A DNA stretch of 64,000 nt. Origin: Octopus sinensis (lineage: Eukaryota). A program made the position numbers and the translations under genes. The notes under the pieces were generated by a model. That model did no database searches, was not told where the DNA came from, and saw only the letters and a list, made by a program, of their open reading frames with translations. Shown here in pieces: positions 1 through 11,749 of this stretch. Location: the NCBI RefSeq assembly GCF_006345805.1, contig NC_042998.1, positions 57,722,001 to 57,786,000 on the forward strand, written 5' to 3'. Every line of letters begins with the position of its first letter. The first letter of the stretch is position 1.

Positions 1-554
1 TATAATATAATATATATATATATTATATATATATACTCATGCATAACACCACGTGTTCATATATAGGAAATGTACAGAGCTATAAATATGAATATATATA
101 TATTATATATACGCATATGTGTGTGTGTGTGTATACCTTTGTGTGTGTGTGTGTTTGTGTTTGTTGTGTGTATATGTACCTGTCTGTTTAAATGTATGCA
201 TGCATTTATGAATACACAATTGTACTTAACATATACTTGCATATTTAATTAAGCATGAAATTACAAGGTTTCCAGAAAGGTTATCGGAACTACGTGGATC
301 TTGAGACAACACACGCACACACTCGCAAAAAAAAGCACCACACACACACACACGCATGCACACACCATGTATAACCACATACCTACATTTCATATATATG
401 TATGTTTCTATGTGCGTGTATATATATATATATATATATATAGATATATATATATATATATATATATTATCTATATATATAAGTATATATATATCTGAGT
501 GTGAGTGTGTGTACTTACATACACACATACACATTTAATATATATAGATATATG

Positions 555-611
<57 letters not shown>

Positions 612-839
612 ATATAACATATACACACAGCTATGTTTTGCGTATGTGCATACAATGTGGGCTTCGTTGTAGTAGAATTAGTTAGGCGTCTCGTAGAGAG
701 AGGAATGTATGAGATTAAGAATAAAGATAACCTGTGTGATGACAGAAAGGGATAGAGTACGAGAGAGAGAGAGAGAGAGAGAGGGAGAGGAGGGGAATAG
801 AAAAGAGTGAGGATAATTGAAAGAATGAAATAATGAATT

Positions 840-879
<40 letters not shown>

Positions 880-1605
880 TTTCTTCTAAATTTTTTTTTT
901 GTGCGCTACTTCAGGTTGAACGTTATATAAGATAGTAAGACAAAACTGATATAAGCACGAAACTAATATATCTGTTAATAGACAACAAAAATCATTCACA
1001 ATCTCCTATGTATATATGTGTATATATACGCGTTCATGAATTATATATAAATATATATATATATATATATACACGTATACACTCATGCATATATGTATTC
1101 ATACATACATACATGCATACACACACACATATATTCAGGCATAACCATACATATAGATACGCACCACGCACACTTTCTTTCTCATGCATTGTCTCATGTT
1201 CTATCACATCTATTGTCACCTTCATACTCTACAAGCATGCACATTTTAATGCTAAATGCAAAAAAAAAAAAACGAAAAAAACGTAAAACATTATATCCGC
1301 CGTGATAATATATCTGCAGGATACGTGCAACATGCGTAAAATTAAAGATATTTTATTTCCTATTTTTTTCCAGTTTTTTTTTTTTTGAATAATATATTTT
1401 AAAGATTTTCATTTCTTTTCATTACGAAACGTCTGTGTTTAACTAAACGCCTAAGCTGTTTATACGATGCGTTTGATAACAGATTGAAAGCGTTAATTAA
1501 ATAGAATTAGAGGAGTTCACTGTTAATGTTAAACATTAACGTCTCTCTCTCTCTCTCTCTCTTCTCTCTCTTTCTCTCTCTCTCAGTTGAATATATGTAT
1601 GTGTG

Positions 1606-1650
<45 letters not shown>

Positions 1651-1989
1651 TATATATATTTCTGCATATAAACATGTATATATACATAAATGCATTATAA
1701 ACACACACACACACACACACACGCACACACACCCACACACACACACATACACAAACACACACACAATCATACACACACAACACACACATACACACACTTA
1801 CACACACAATACACACACACAACACACACACACACACACATGTATACATAGACATAGATATGCATTTCATTTATATACATATGCAAGTATATATATCTAT
1901 ATATAGAAATAAATATGTATGTGTGAATCTATGTATGTACATATGTAAATAATATATATATGTGTGTGTTGTGTGTGTGTATGTATATA

Positions 1990-2039
<50 letters not shown>

Positions 2040-3049
2040 TGTGCACATGCACTTTCTCTGTGTATCAATGTACTGAAATGTCTAAGTAATGCGCACATTA
2101 AAGAATCAACGGTCCTTAAACCGTAACGTTTTTATTCTCTGATTCTTTGCATCTTTCAAATGAAAGCGATTCTCACAGAAATAACACAATGAGATGGTAA
2201 TCTTCGATCAACTAAGATTAAAAGAGGAAACATCAATCCTCACTTAATGTATGAAATCTAAGACACAGACTCTAATACAATTAGAGGTTTCCTTTTTGTG
2301 TGTGAATGTGGTGGGAGCGGGTTCAGTCTATATTACAATGATGCTAATGTAATTGCATGTAAATATGTAACCGAAAAATTGCTAGCTCTTTTTCTTGCTA
2401 GATATAGCATCCTTATACAGTATAGTGCGTCTAACAGTTAGAGCTTTTCTCATAGAAAGGGAAATAAAGAAAAGAGATCACGAGATCGGGACAAAAAGAG
2501 ATGGAGGGGTAGGGAAAAAGGAAAGCGAGAGAGAGAAAGAGAGAGAGATGAGGGAGTAGAGATAAAGGAAAGAGAGTGGGTTAAGAGAGAAATATACCTG
2601 CTCTATTGCTGTTTAACGAGCCAACTGATGCCCACGTATGATGGTGCTTAACCGGGGATCTTATACAACGTGGCATCAAGAAACTAGAAGTAAAATGCCA
2701 TTGCAGTCACCCAATTGTACTAATACAGGATATATTCACCACTGAAGTTCATGATATATACATTCTCATAGCTCGAATGCTTTTCATCCTTCATATTTTC
2801 GCTCATTGTGAATTTCGGAATAAAACATAAAACCCAAGTTTACTTCACGCCAAAGTAAGCCCCCACCCCCTCCACAATGGCTTGACCTGTTAAAAATAAT
2901 ATTCTAATTTCTCTGCTGTCTTAAATTAGGGCTATGTCTAACTTCATCATACCACTTGGAAAAGAAAGAAAAAACATTTACAGATGTTTTAGATTAGTCA
3001 TTCTTCGGGCACCGACTAGATAGTTATTGTTTGCAGAGTTATTGTTTGG

Positions 3050-3440
3050 TATTCAAAGTTATCCCAATCACAGAACGGGGCGCCACTACATGGTGCAAAA
3101 GATTCCAACTTCACCATCAAAATACAGGACCAGATACTGCAACAGCTTGGGTTTCAGAGGACCACAGCTCCTCAACATCCTCCCTAAATGCCTGAGAGAC
3201 TTGCATGGTGTGGATGTGGGTTTCTTTAAAACTAAACTGGATCTCTTCTTGTCGGGGGTCCCAGATGAACCTACCTCTCGGCAGGAGACACAGATGCGGG
3301 CAGCGGCATCGAACTCCCTTGTTGACCAAGTGCCACGTATCAGATGTGGATTCACATACTAGTGTAGCTCATTCAACGGTGGTGCAGCAGCATGGCCGCA
3401 GCCTTCGGGCTGAAACCTTTTTAAGGATTTAAGGATTTTA
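3050..3440 (+). mobile_element. 5'-truncated LINE 3' end (CR1/L2/Jockey-group ORF2 C-terminus plus short 3'UTR)
   Basis: ORF 3027..3362 ends in NSLGFRGPQLLNILPKCLRDL...FFKTKLDLFLSGVPDEP...RAAASNSLVDQV, typical of AP-endonuclease LINE ORF2 C-termini. It is followed by a short UTR with hairpin cagcc-ttcg-ggctg and a (tttaagga)2 tail. Confidence 0.75.
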
Positions 3441-3444
3441 TATA

Positions 3445-3607
3445 ACCGGGAAAAGGGATTCGTTGGAGATATTTGTCCAGGAACGTTTTCTTCTCTTATG
3501 TGTGTTGGTATGATGTTATAGAGATCGGGGCTAGTCGAGGTGAAATAGTCTTGTCTTAGTGTTGTGATGTGACGCGAACATGACTTTTGTAAAGGATGAA
3601 TAATACT
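3445..3607 (-). mobile_element. Second LINE ORF2 C-terminal fragment, opposite strand
   Basis: Minus translation RHITTLRQDYFTSTSPDLYNIIPTHIREE resembles the same RxxxFxxxGPxLxNxxPxxIR motif. Confidence 0.5.
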
Positions 3608-3715
3608 TACATAAAAACACACACACATATGCATGTATGTATGTATGTGTATGTAGTATGTATGTATGTAGTATGTATGTATGTATGTATTGATATAATA
3701 TATATAATACATGTA

Positions 3716-3789
<74 letters not shown>

Positions 3790-3808
3790 ATATATATAAT
3801 ATATATAT

Positions 3809-3861
<53 letters not shown>

Positions 3862-4043
3862 ATCATATATAAATGAGAAGTAAACTACCGAACATACTAA
3901 GAGCAACGGCTCTGTTCCGACACTTTGATGTGTCAGCAAACATACTAACAGAATGAAACACTTTAGGCGAGGGTTTGTGCTTGTGACTTTGTATTATTTA
4001 TACATACGCATATATATATATATTATATATATTATATATAATA

Positions 4044-4080
<37 letters not shown>

Positions 4081-4445
4081 AGATATATATATTTGTGCAT
4101 GTAGGCATATGTAAGTGGAGATATACAGATCACACATGCAAAGGCACAAACACACGGACTTCTAACAACATTCCCCAAGCTCAGTGACTAGTTACTGATA
4201 ACATTTAGAATGAGAAACCCACAGAGATGTTGACTGTCTAGAAATCCATTAGAGTAAGTAGGTTGGACTACTGCTAACAAACATGGTCTCCTAGCAGCCC
4301 AAGACTTATAGCAGCCATCGCAAAAAAATATATTCACAAAAGAATTATACAACATTAGAGACGTGAATTAACGAGTAACGTTTCTGCCCAATACGTCTCT
4401 AACTTCGGGATTGCTGTCAGCATCGAAATACTCTCATATCTTAAC

Positions 4446-4822
4446 TTTTACTTATTTTATTCATTGACCTGCAGCCATCATGGAGCACCGTCTTGAATGT
4501 GTAGTCGAGTAAACTGGGCCCAGTATATTTTTTCACTCAGGTACTTATTCTATGTGTCTCTTTCTTGCCGAACCATTATGTTACGAAGGCGTAAACAAAC
4601 TAAGACCGGTTGTCGAGCGACACACCCAGTCACACACAACATACATGCTCACACACACACGGATACACACGCACACATACACACTCATAATAATATATAC
4701 GACGGGCTTCCGTATTTTCTGTCTACAAAATCATTCACAGTTCATTGTTCGGCCCAGGGGCTGAAGTTAAAGACACTTCCCCGAGAAGCAAACTACTTGA
4801 CGATACTGCCATGCCTGAGCCT
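4446..4822 (-). mobile_element. Degenerate SINE family A
   Basis: Diverged match to the intact family A copies at 14081-14488 and 30573-30985. Confidence 0.7.
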
Positions 4823-6329
4823 ATGTGGAAGATTCTCGAAAATCTTGTTCCGAACTTTGTCATGCAAGAAAGAAAACGCTACAAATGTGGGAAATACAGT
4901 CAGATTCCGACATTTTTCTTTCTCAAATTTTTCGCAAAGGTCTTTCACATGCAAACCAGGCTTGTGGTGCTAAATTTGCCCTAATAACATTGAAAACATC
5001 TAGAAATAGGAGAATGTTAATCAGGTGTCCATCAATAACATAAAAGCTCAATCACTGCACATAGTAAGAAATATTAATTGCACCTACCGTTAAAAATAAA
5101 CAGCTTGTAACTGGAATCCCACAAATATCGAAATCACTGAGAATTTCTTCTGGCATGGGTATATATTAGAAATAGCGAAGACTGCATCATATGCATCATA
5201 AAGATTGTTTTTTTTTCTCTTCAGATCCATAAAAATAGTTAGTTAAATTCTAAACAAATGCTAACCCTCTATAAAGCTCAGTTGAGACTTACAATGAAAT
5301 AGTGCTCCGGTATGTGGGACTGTGTTTGCTTTCACACACATAATTACCCTCTACAGCATCCAAAGAATGGTGACTCACATGGTTAGCAGAAAGTCATTCT
5401 CTGACATACTCAGACCACTGTCTTAACGATTTGCTGCCTCTTATCTATAACTTTTTCCTCAATACTTTAGAGATCTTTCATCCTCGAAACTATCTGGTCT
5501 CACACTGCCACCGTTCACCAATTCCTTACAAACTGGTGTTATTTCTTCTTCACTTCATCACTCATTTTATGTCCCTTACCTCGTTCGCACAACGTCGATT
5601 CTCAGAAATTCCATCATTGCACGTGTTTTTACTGTAGCTATCGATTTGGAAACATTAAAGAGAAACATTAACCGATGGATCAATGAGGTGAGGAAAGATA
5701 TAAGCAATATCCTTTCCCCTTGACCAAACAAATATAAAAAAAATAAATTATGAAAGTGTTTCTCAAAAGATTTACGTATCTTGACAAGGTGTCTCAGATC
5801 TAGATGCATTTCTTCATTGTATCTCGGATCAACCATCTGCAAAAACTCAGTGATAATTTAAAGCAATCGACATCATTTTTCTGATACATCAAGTTGAGTT
5901 TCTTCATATAAGATTGGGCTCCTGAATATATGTGGAGGTAACACAAATGACGCATAACTAAACGCCTTGTGAAGTATAGTTACTATTTCACTGACTTCAG
6001 GCATTCAGTTGTTGGGGAGGCCAGGGTATCGCCAACGTTTAATAATGGAGAAGTTAATTTTTGCGGCGCAATTGCTTCATCAGGGATTGTGTGCAGCAGG
6101 ATGAACAAATTCATTACTTATGGAAGCGTTGGTATTCACTTCACGTGTCTCTCTTATTTTTTACGGGTAAGATTGAAATTCTGTGGATCTTTGAAAGCCA
6201 GGTTGGTGAAATAGTTTATTCTTGTTCTGAAGTGAGAAATCGGAGGATTGTTTTAGACACAATTAATTCCCAATGTCAATATGTTAATGTATAAAACTAG
6301 CTTACCCATGAGTATGTGTATGTATTATG

Positions 6330-6390
<61 letters not shown>

Positions 6391-7203
6391 ATATACAATA
6401 TATATATGTTTGTGTGTGTCTGTGTACGCGCGCGCGTGTTGTGTCTTGGTGTGTGCGTGTCTGTGGGTAGTAAAGAAATATGTATGTATATATATGTGTG
6501 TGTGTGTGTTATATATATATATATATATATGTAGATATGCATGTGTGTACGCGCGTATGTGTGTGTGTGTGTGTCTGTATGTGTGCAATTTTCTGTGAGG
6601 TGGAACTTGAAATCTCTATTAACCGTTATTTGGTGTTCACAAATTCAATCGTCAGGCAGTTGTAAGACATTAGATCAGAAGTAATACCACACACACACTA
6701 GAGCACACACATACACAAGCAGACACATACATACACACACAAACACACACATGCATGCAGTAAATATATACGTGATAAGTAAAGCTATGTGCAATTATAT
6801 GTAACATGTACTTATTCACTCAGTTGTGGAAAGATCTTCTCTGCTGTAAATGACACGGAATACAAATTCTCACACATGCAAAGCGAAAACACTTCGAGTT
6901 TGCTAAACAGCATATTTGCTGGAGTATTCAATCCCTTGTCAAGCTGGAATAAATTAAAGGCACACTAAACAGCGGTGAACAAAGCTATGGATATTGATAT
7001 CTAACACGTTCGATTAAACTGAGACTTGGAAACCAAAATCTTCGCTGTAGTAACTGTCTCGGATAGGAAATTTACCTCATAGGCATATGTCAGAAAAAAC
7101 ATCAAACTGAGCTACGAATGACATCGCTGAATGGTAGGGAACGTGTTTCTGTGTCGTTACGCTTTATCAGCTGCAGACAGCTCGCTAAAAAGTGTTGTTG
7201 ATA

Positions 7204-7327
7204 AGCGCAGGCGTAACTGTAGGGCAAGAAGTTTGCTTCTTTACCACATGGTTCAGCGTGGTACCTTGGGCACGCCTTCATTCATAAATTCGGGCTGAAC
7301 AAAGGCCTGTGAGTGGATTTGGTTGAC
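7204..7327 (+). mobile_element. Truncated SINE A head
   Basis: agcgcaggcgtaactgtagggcaagaag...ccttgggcacg...gtgagtggatttgg matches the family A 5' half. Confidence 0.65.
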
Positions 7328-7628
7328 ATGACTGTGTGGTAAGTAGCTTGCTTACCAACCACATCGTTCTGGATTCAGTCCCACAACATGGCACCTTGGG
7401 CAAGTGTCTTCTGCTATAGCCTCGGGCCGACTAAAGCCTTGTGAGTGGATTTGGTAGAGGGAAACTGAAAGAAGCCCGTCATAAATATATATATATATAT
7501 ATTAATAAAAGGAATTACAACCTTGTCTGATATTCACGTTTTATTTACAATCTTATAATGATATGATATAAGATAATAGAATATAATAAAATAAAATAAA
7601 ATAATAGAATGTTAAATTTCATTCTGAT

Positions 7629-7673
7629 TGAACTAGTACTTTCATGCATTAAATTATGCAATCTTCAGGTTCA
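7629..7673 (-). ncRNA. Minimal type-I hammerhead ribozyme (left pLTR)
   Basis: Exact reverse complement of 8837-8881. Confidence 0.75.
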
Positions 7674-7857
7674 TGTAGTAGTGGTGACAGTCATGCTTCA
7701 CAATTTTTGACTGTAGCGAGATGGTTAAGTCTGTGCCTTAAATACAGCTGTGTGGGATCCAGATTACTAGGTTTTGCAAACTATATTCTGACTAATCAGT
7801 GTGTAGCATCACTCAATTACTTAAGCTGATTGGTTGGTTTAGGCGTCACGCTTGTAA

Positions 7858-8366
7858 TTACGACTTGTAGAATTCTTCGCTAACAAAAGTAATGAGATTG
7901 ATGAATCCTAGTAAGGAATAAATCAAATTTCAGCCCACCAAAAGGAAGAAATAACTACCTTGACCAATACATTGATATCCTGTCTAAATTTCCCCTTAGA
8001 CGCAATACCAATGTTAGGCCTAACATTAACAAATCAGAGATGCCTGCATGTAAACGTATACAAAACTATCAAACAATAATAATTTAAACAAGCAGATAAA
8101 TTTACTGCATCAAATGCCAAAATTGTGACGAAATATATATAGGTCAGACGGGAAATGCACTATCAGAACGCTCACGTGTACACCGACAGCAGATTAGAGA
8201 CCCAGAGGTCCGTCAGATACCTTTGAGTAACGACCTAGCAACATGTGGTCGGAAAATATATATAATATTTCCATTCTACAAATTACACAGCCCAAGTGAA
8301 ATCGAGAGGAAAATCAGAGAAAAGAATTTTATTGATAAATTCGAACCCAAGCTAAATAAGCAATAA
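7858..8366 (+). pseudogene. Internally deleted PLE ORF: N-terminal region joined to the GIY-YIG endonuclease, RT core absent
   Basis: With frameshifts: LRLVEFF...KSNFSPPKGRNNYLDQYID...IIKQADK, then 8100-8366 open: IYCIKCQNCDEIYIGQTGNALSERSRVHRQQIRDP...REKNFIDKFEPKLNKQ*. Confidence 0.85.
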
Positions 8367-8836
8367 TAATGATAATACTTAGAGGTACTACTTCTACTGC
8401 TACGACCATGACCACTAACAACAAAAACAATACTAAAGGTGATCAAGATGAAGATAGCAGGAAAATTATCTTATTTAGAGTTAAAAGTTCTATTACCATC
8501 ACCACTAGCAACAATAATTAAGGTGCTGACAATGATGATGATGACAATTGAAATATAAAAATCCCTGACAAAGGCTATTTACAACATTTCTAAAAATAGC
8601 CCAACAATTGCTGCCTCGGCCAGGGTTAAGATACTGGACTCTTGACATGTTCAACAAAGCGTGACGCCTAAACCAACCAATCAGCTTAAGTAATTGAGTG
8701 ATGCTACACACTGATTGGTCAGAATACAGTTTGCAAAACCTAGCAATCTGGAGCCCACACAGCTGTATTTAAGGCACAGACTTAACCATCTCGCTACAGT
8801 AAAAAATTGTGAAGCATGACTGTCACCACTACTACA

Positions 8837-8881
8837 TGAACCTGAAGATTGCATAATTTAATGCATGAAAGTACTAGTTCA
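8837..8881 (+). ncRNA. Minimal type-I hammerhead ribozyme (right pLTR)
   Basis: tgaac-CTGAAGA-t-tgcat-aattta-atgca-t-GAAA-gtac-TA-gttca: stem I tgaac/gttca, stem II tgcat/atgca, palindromic gtac in stem III. Confidence 0.8.
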
Positions 8882-9111
8882 ATCAGAATGAAATTTAACA
8901 TTCTATTATTTTATTTTATTTTATTATATTCTATTCTATTATCTTATATTATATCATTATAAGATTGTAAATAAAACGTGAAAATTAGACATGGTTGGAA
9001 TTCCTTTTATTAATATATTATTCTATGCACAATCACACCACACCCATCTCTCTATCTATCTTTCTATCTATCTATCTATCTTCTATCTATCATCTATCTA
9101 TCTATCTATCT

Positions 9112-9168
<57 letters not shown>

Positions 9169-9182
9169 GATATATTATATTA

Positions 9183-9464
9183 TACGTTTAAATATTTGTT
9201 GTGCAAGATTTTTTATGTGAAGTCGTGTGTTGAAACAGATATTGTTATATTGGCTGACGGTTAGTAAGGAGAGACACAAGTAAGTGAGAAGAAAACAAAG
9301 GACCACTGATGCGGTCACAGGAGTGTGACGAAAGAACTTTGGCCGAAATAAGATTAAGATTAATGTAAAAAATAAATATCACTGAAGCAAAATAACACCA
9401 AATATATAGTGCGTGTGTTTTTATTGGCTAAACTGGCAATATGACCATTCCGAAATATAACAAT
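9183..9464 (+). mobile_element. Small (TA)n-flanked element with hammerhead motif and short inverted segment
   Basis: tattgttatatt (~9240) is inverted relative to aatataacaata (~9454); hammerhead at 9303-9342. Confidence 0.55.
9303..9342 (+). ncRNA. Minimal hammerhead ribozyme with a core mutation
   Basis: cca-CTGATGC-g-gtcaca-ggag-tgtgac-GAAA-gaac-TT-tgg: perfect 6-bp stem II, last core A replaced by C. Confidence 0.6.
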
Positions 9465-9689
9465 ATATATATATATATATATGCATGTATATGTTTGTCC
9501 TCCCAACATCGCTTGACAACCGATGCTGGTGTGTTTACGTCCCCGTAACATAGTGGTTTGGCAATAGAGACCGATAGAATAAGTACTAGGCTTACAAAGA
9601 ATAAGTCCTGGGATCGATTTGGTCGACTAAAAGCGTTGCTCCAGCATGGCTACGGTCAAACGACTGAAAAGAGTAAAAAGAGAAAGAGC

Positions 9690-9760
<71 letters not shown>

Positions 9761-9770
9761 GGGGAGGGGT

Positions 9771-10255
9771 GGAGGCACAATGAGCTAGTGGTTAGGGCAG
9801 CGGACTCACGGTCGTAGGATTGCGGTCTCGATTCCCACACCGGGCATTGTGAGTGTTTATTGAGCTGAAAACACCTAAAGCTGAACGAGGCACCGGCAGG
9901 GGATGGTGGTGAACCCCGCTGTACTCTTTCACCGCAATTTTCTCTCACTCTTCCTTCCTGTTTCTGCTGCACCTGTATTTGAAAGGTCCAGCCTTGTCAC
10001 ACTCTGTGTCACGCTGAATCTCCCCGAGAACTACGTTAAGAGCACACGTGTCTGTGGAGTGCCTGGCCACTTGCACGTTAATAAATGAGCTGCGCCTTTG
10101 TCTTTCCCTTGGATAACATCGGTGGCGTGGAGAGGGGAGGCCAGTATGCATGGGCGACTGCTGGTCTTCCATAAAGAACAACCTTGCCCAGACTTGTACC
10201 TCGGAGGGTTACTTTCTAGGTGCAATCCCATGGTCATTCATGACTGAAAGGTGTC
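9771..10255 (+). mobile_element. Chimeric SINE: family C head and body (9771-10082) joined to family D 3' half (10083-10255)
   Basis: tRNA-like A/B boxes (tagtggttagggc...gtctcgattccc). The 5' part matches 38232-38390; the 3' part matches 28739-28950 (-) and ~44520-44728 (+). Confidence 0.75.
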
Positions 10256-10265
10256 ACACCCACAC

Positions 10266-10338
<73 letters not shown>

Positions 10339-10356
10339 TATATATACACATGCACA

Positions 10357-10752
10357 CAGGGTATCCAAAAAGGCACTGATGGGTTTCAAATTTACTAATA
10401 TATGCATGAAATTTTGATACAATATAAAGAACGTAATGGAAATTAATATGCAAATCGTGAAACACCACTACATATCATATGATATCGCTTAAATGGCAGC
10501 TATTTTCGGTTTCGCACGCCCGAGTTCTTTCCTATACTTGCACCATAACACCCTCAAGAGTTTCAGACCTCGCTTCTCTGGTTTCTCGTGCGGTATGAGC
10601 AGTTGCCCCATATTGCTGGAACCATGTGTGAGGTATACGTTAAATGGCCTTCAAGTTACTCCGACTTGACTAGCTCGGCTTTTTTCTTGTGTGGATAACT
10701 GAAAGTGAGGGTTTACATCAACAAACAGGAGACCCTGGTGTAGGACACCCTG
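10357..10752 (-). mobile_element. Internally deleted Tc1/mariner-superfamily transposon
   Basis: TIRs cagggtatcc / ggacaccctg-TA. Minus strand reads TWFQQYGATAHTARET...LEGVMVQV*ERTRACETENSCHLSDII (the QQDGA motif plus C-terminus). Confidence 0.8.
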
Positions 10753-11437
10753 TATATATACACAAATGTGTATGTATGTGTGTGTATGGGATTGTCTCTC
10801 ACCACCGCTTGGTATATTTACGCCCCATAAATCAGAAGTTCCACAAAAGTTACCGATTGAATAATTACCAGGCCTAAAAAAAATTGACTGGAAAACAGTA
10901 AAAAAAAGTGAAAAAAGATAAAAATTATCTGTAAAAAGGAAATAATAAACTTGTCATCAATCACATTGAAACAGTTTTCTTAGCATGCACTTGAAATATT
11001 TTTGGGCCATTAATTCTTATTTTCTTCGTTTGCATAGTGACAGGCATAGCTCTGGAATCGAGAAAGTTGTTTTACAAACTGGTAACATCGGGCTGAGTTA
11101 CAATCCGCGGCACATTGGTCACGTATCTTTTACTATATCCCTGGTGAAGGGATTTAGTAGCCGGAAACTGTGTGGAAACCCGTTATATATGTATGTATAA
11201 ATATATATATATATATATATTATATATATAATCAATTAGAGATTAAATTAGCCTCATTAAGGGATGGTATCATCCAATGAATTACTGGTTCAATACCTAA
11301 TAGTTGTTGTGAATAATAATAATATTTATAAAACAATAGGTCTATATATAAATCATGGTTTATAATCATTGAAAAGAAAGTAAGAAAATGGAGATATAGC
11401 ATTTAATAAAAAACTTATCTGCAAAACCAAATATAGT

Positions 11438-11520
11438 CCCTTACAACTGTTTCAATTAAGCCTAACAGATTAAATAGCAATTGTTAAAATCATTATATTA
11501 GGTAAAATCTCTTCAGAGGG
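11438..11520 (-). ncRNA. Hammerhead-like motif with elongated stem II (opposite arm)
   Basis: Minus strand: ccct-CTGAAGA-[56 nt containing cctaata/tgttagg]-GAAA-cagttg-TA-aggg. Confidence 0.55.
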
Positions 11521-11567
11521 GTAGAAAAAATGACATAAAAAACCTAACGGTATATCTTTTTTCTACG

Positions 11568-11648
11568 CCTCTGAAGAGATTTTGCCTGATAGAATGATTT
11601 TAATAATTTCTATGTAATCTTTTTGGCTTAACTGAAACAGCTGTAAGG
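11568..11648 (+). ncRNA. Hammerhead-like motif with elongated stem II
   Basis: cct-CTGAAGA-[56 nt containing gcc/ggc and tagaa/ttcta]-GAAA-cagctg-TA-agg; cagctg is a palindrome. Confidence 0.55.
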
Positions 11649-11749
11649 AACTCTGTTTGATATTTGCAGATAATAAGTTTTTATTAAATGCTATATCTCC
11701 ATCTATTTTCTTTTGAACTATTATAAACCATGATATATACATATCTCTT

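Larger units (their letters stand above)
7501..9012 (+). mobile_element. Non-autonomous Penelope-like element (PLE) with ~355-bp inverted pseudo-LTRs
   Basis: 7501-7853 is a near-identical reverse complement of ~8657-9012. The interior encodes PLE N-terminal and GIY-YIG remnants, and each arm has a hammerhead motif. Confidence 0.9.
7331..9688 (+). mobile_element. SINE A split by ~2 kb of insertions in its internal microsatellite (head 7331-7482, tail ~9490-9688)
   Basis: The 5' half ends gaaagaagcccgtc-(TA)n; the 3' half resumes tgtttgtcctcccaacatcgcttgacaaccgatgctgg...gactgaaaagagtaaaaagag in the same orientation. Confidence 0.75.
11343..11738. repeat. Fold-back inverted repeat (~185-bp diverged arms), each arm with a hammerhead-like core
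   Basis: Arms ~11343-11530 and ~11555-11738 are reverse complements, e.g. ggagatatagcatttaataaaaa / tttttattaaatgctatatctcc. Confidence 0.85.
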
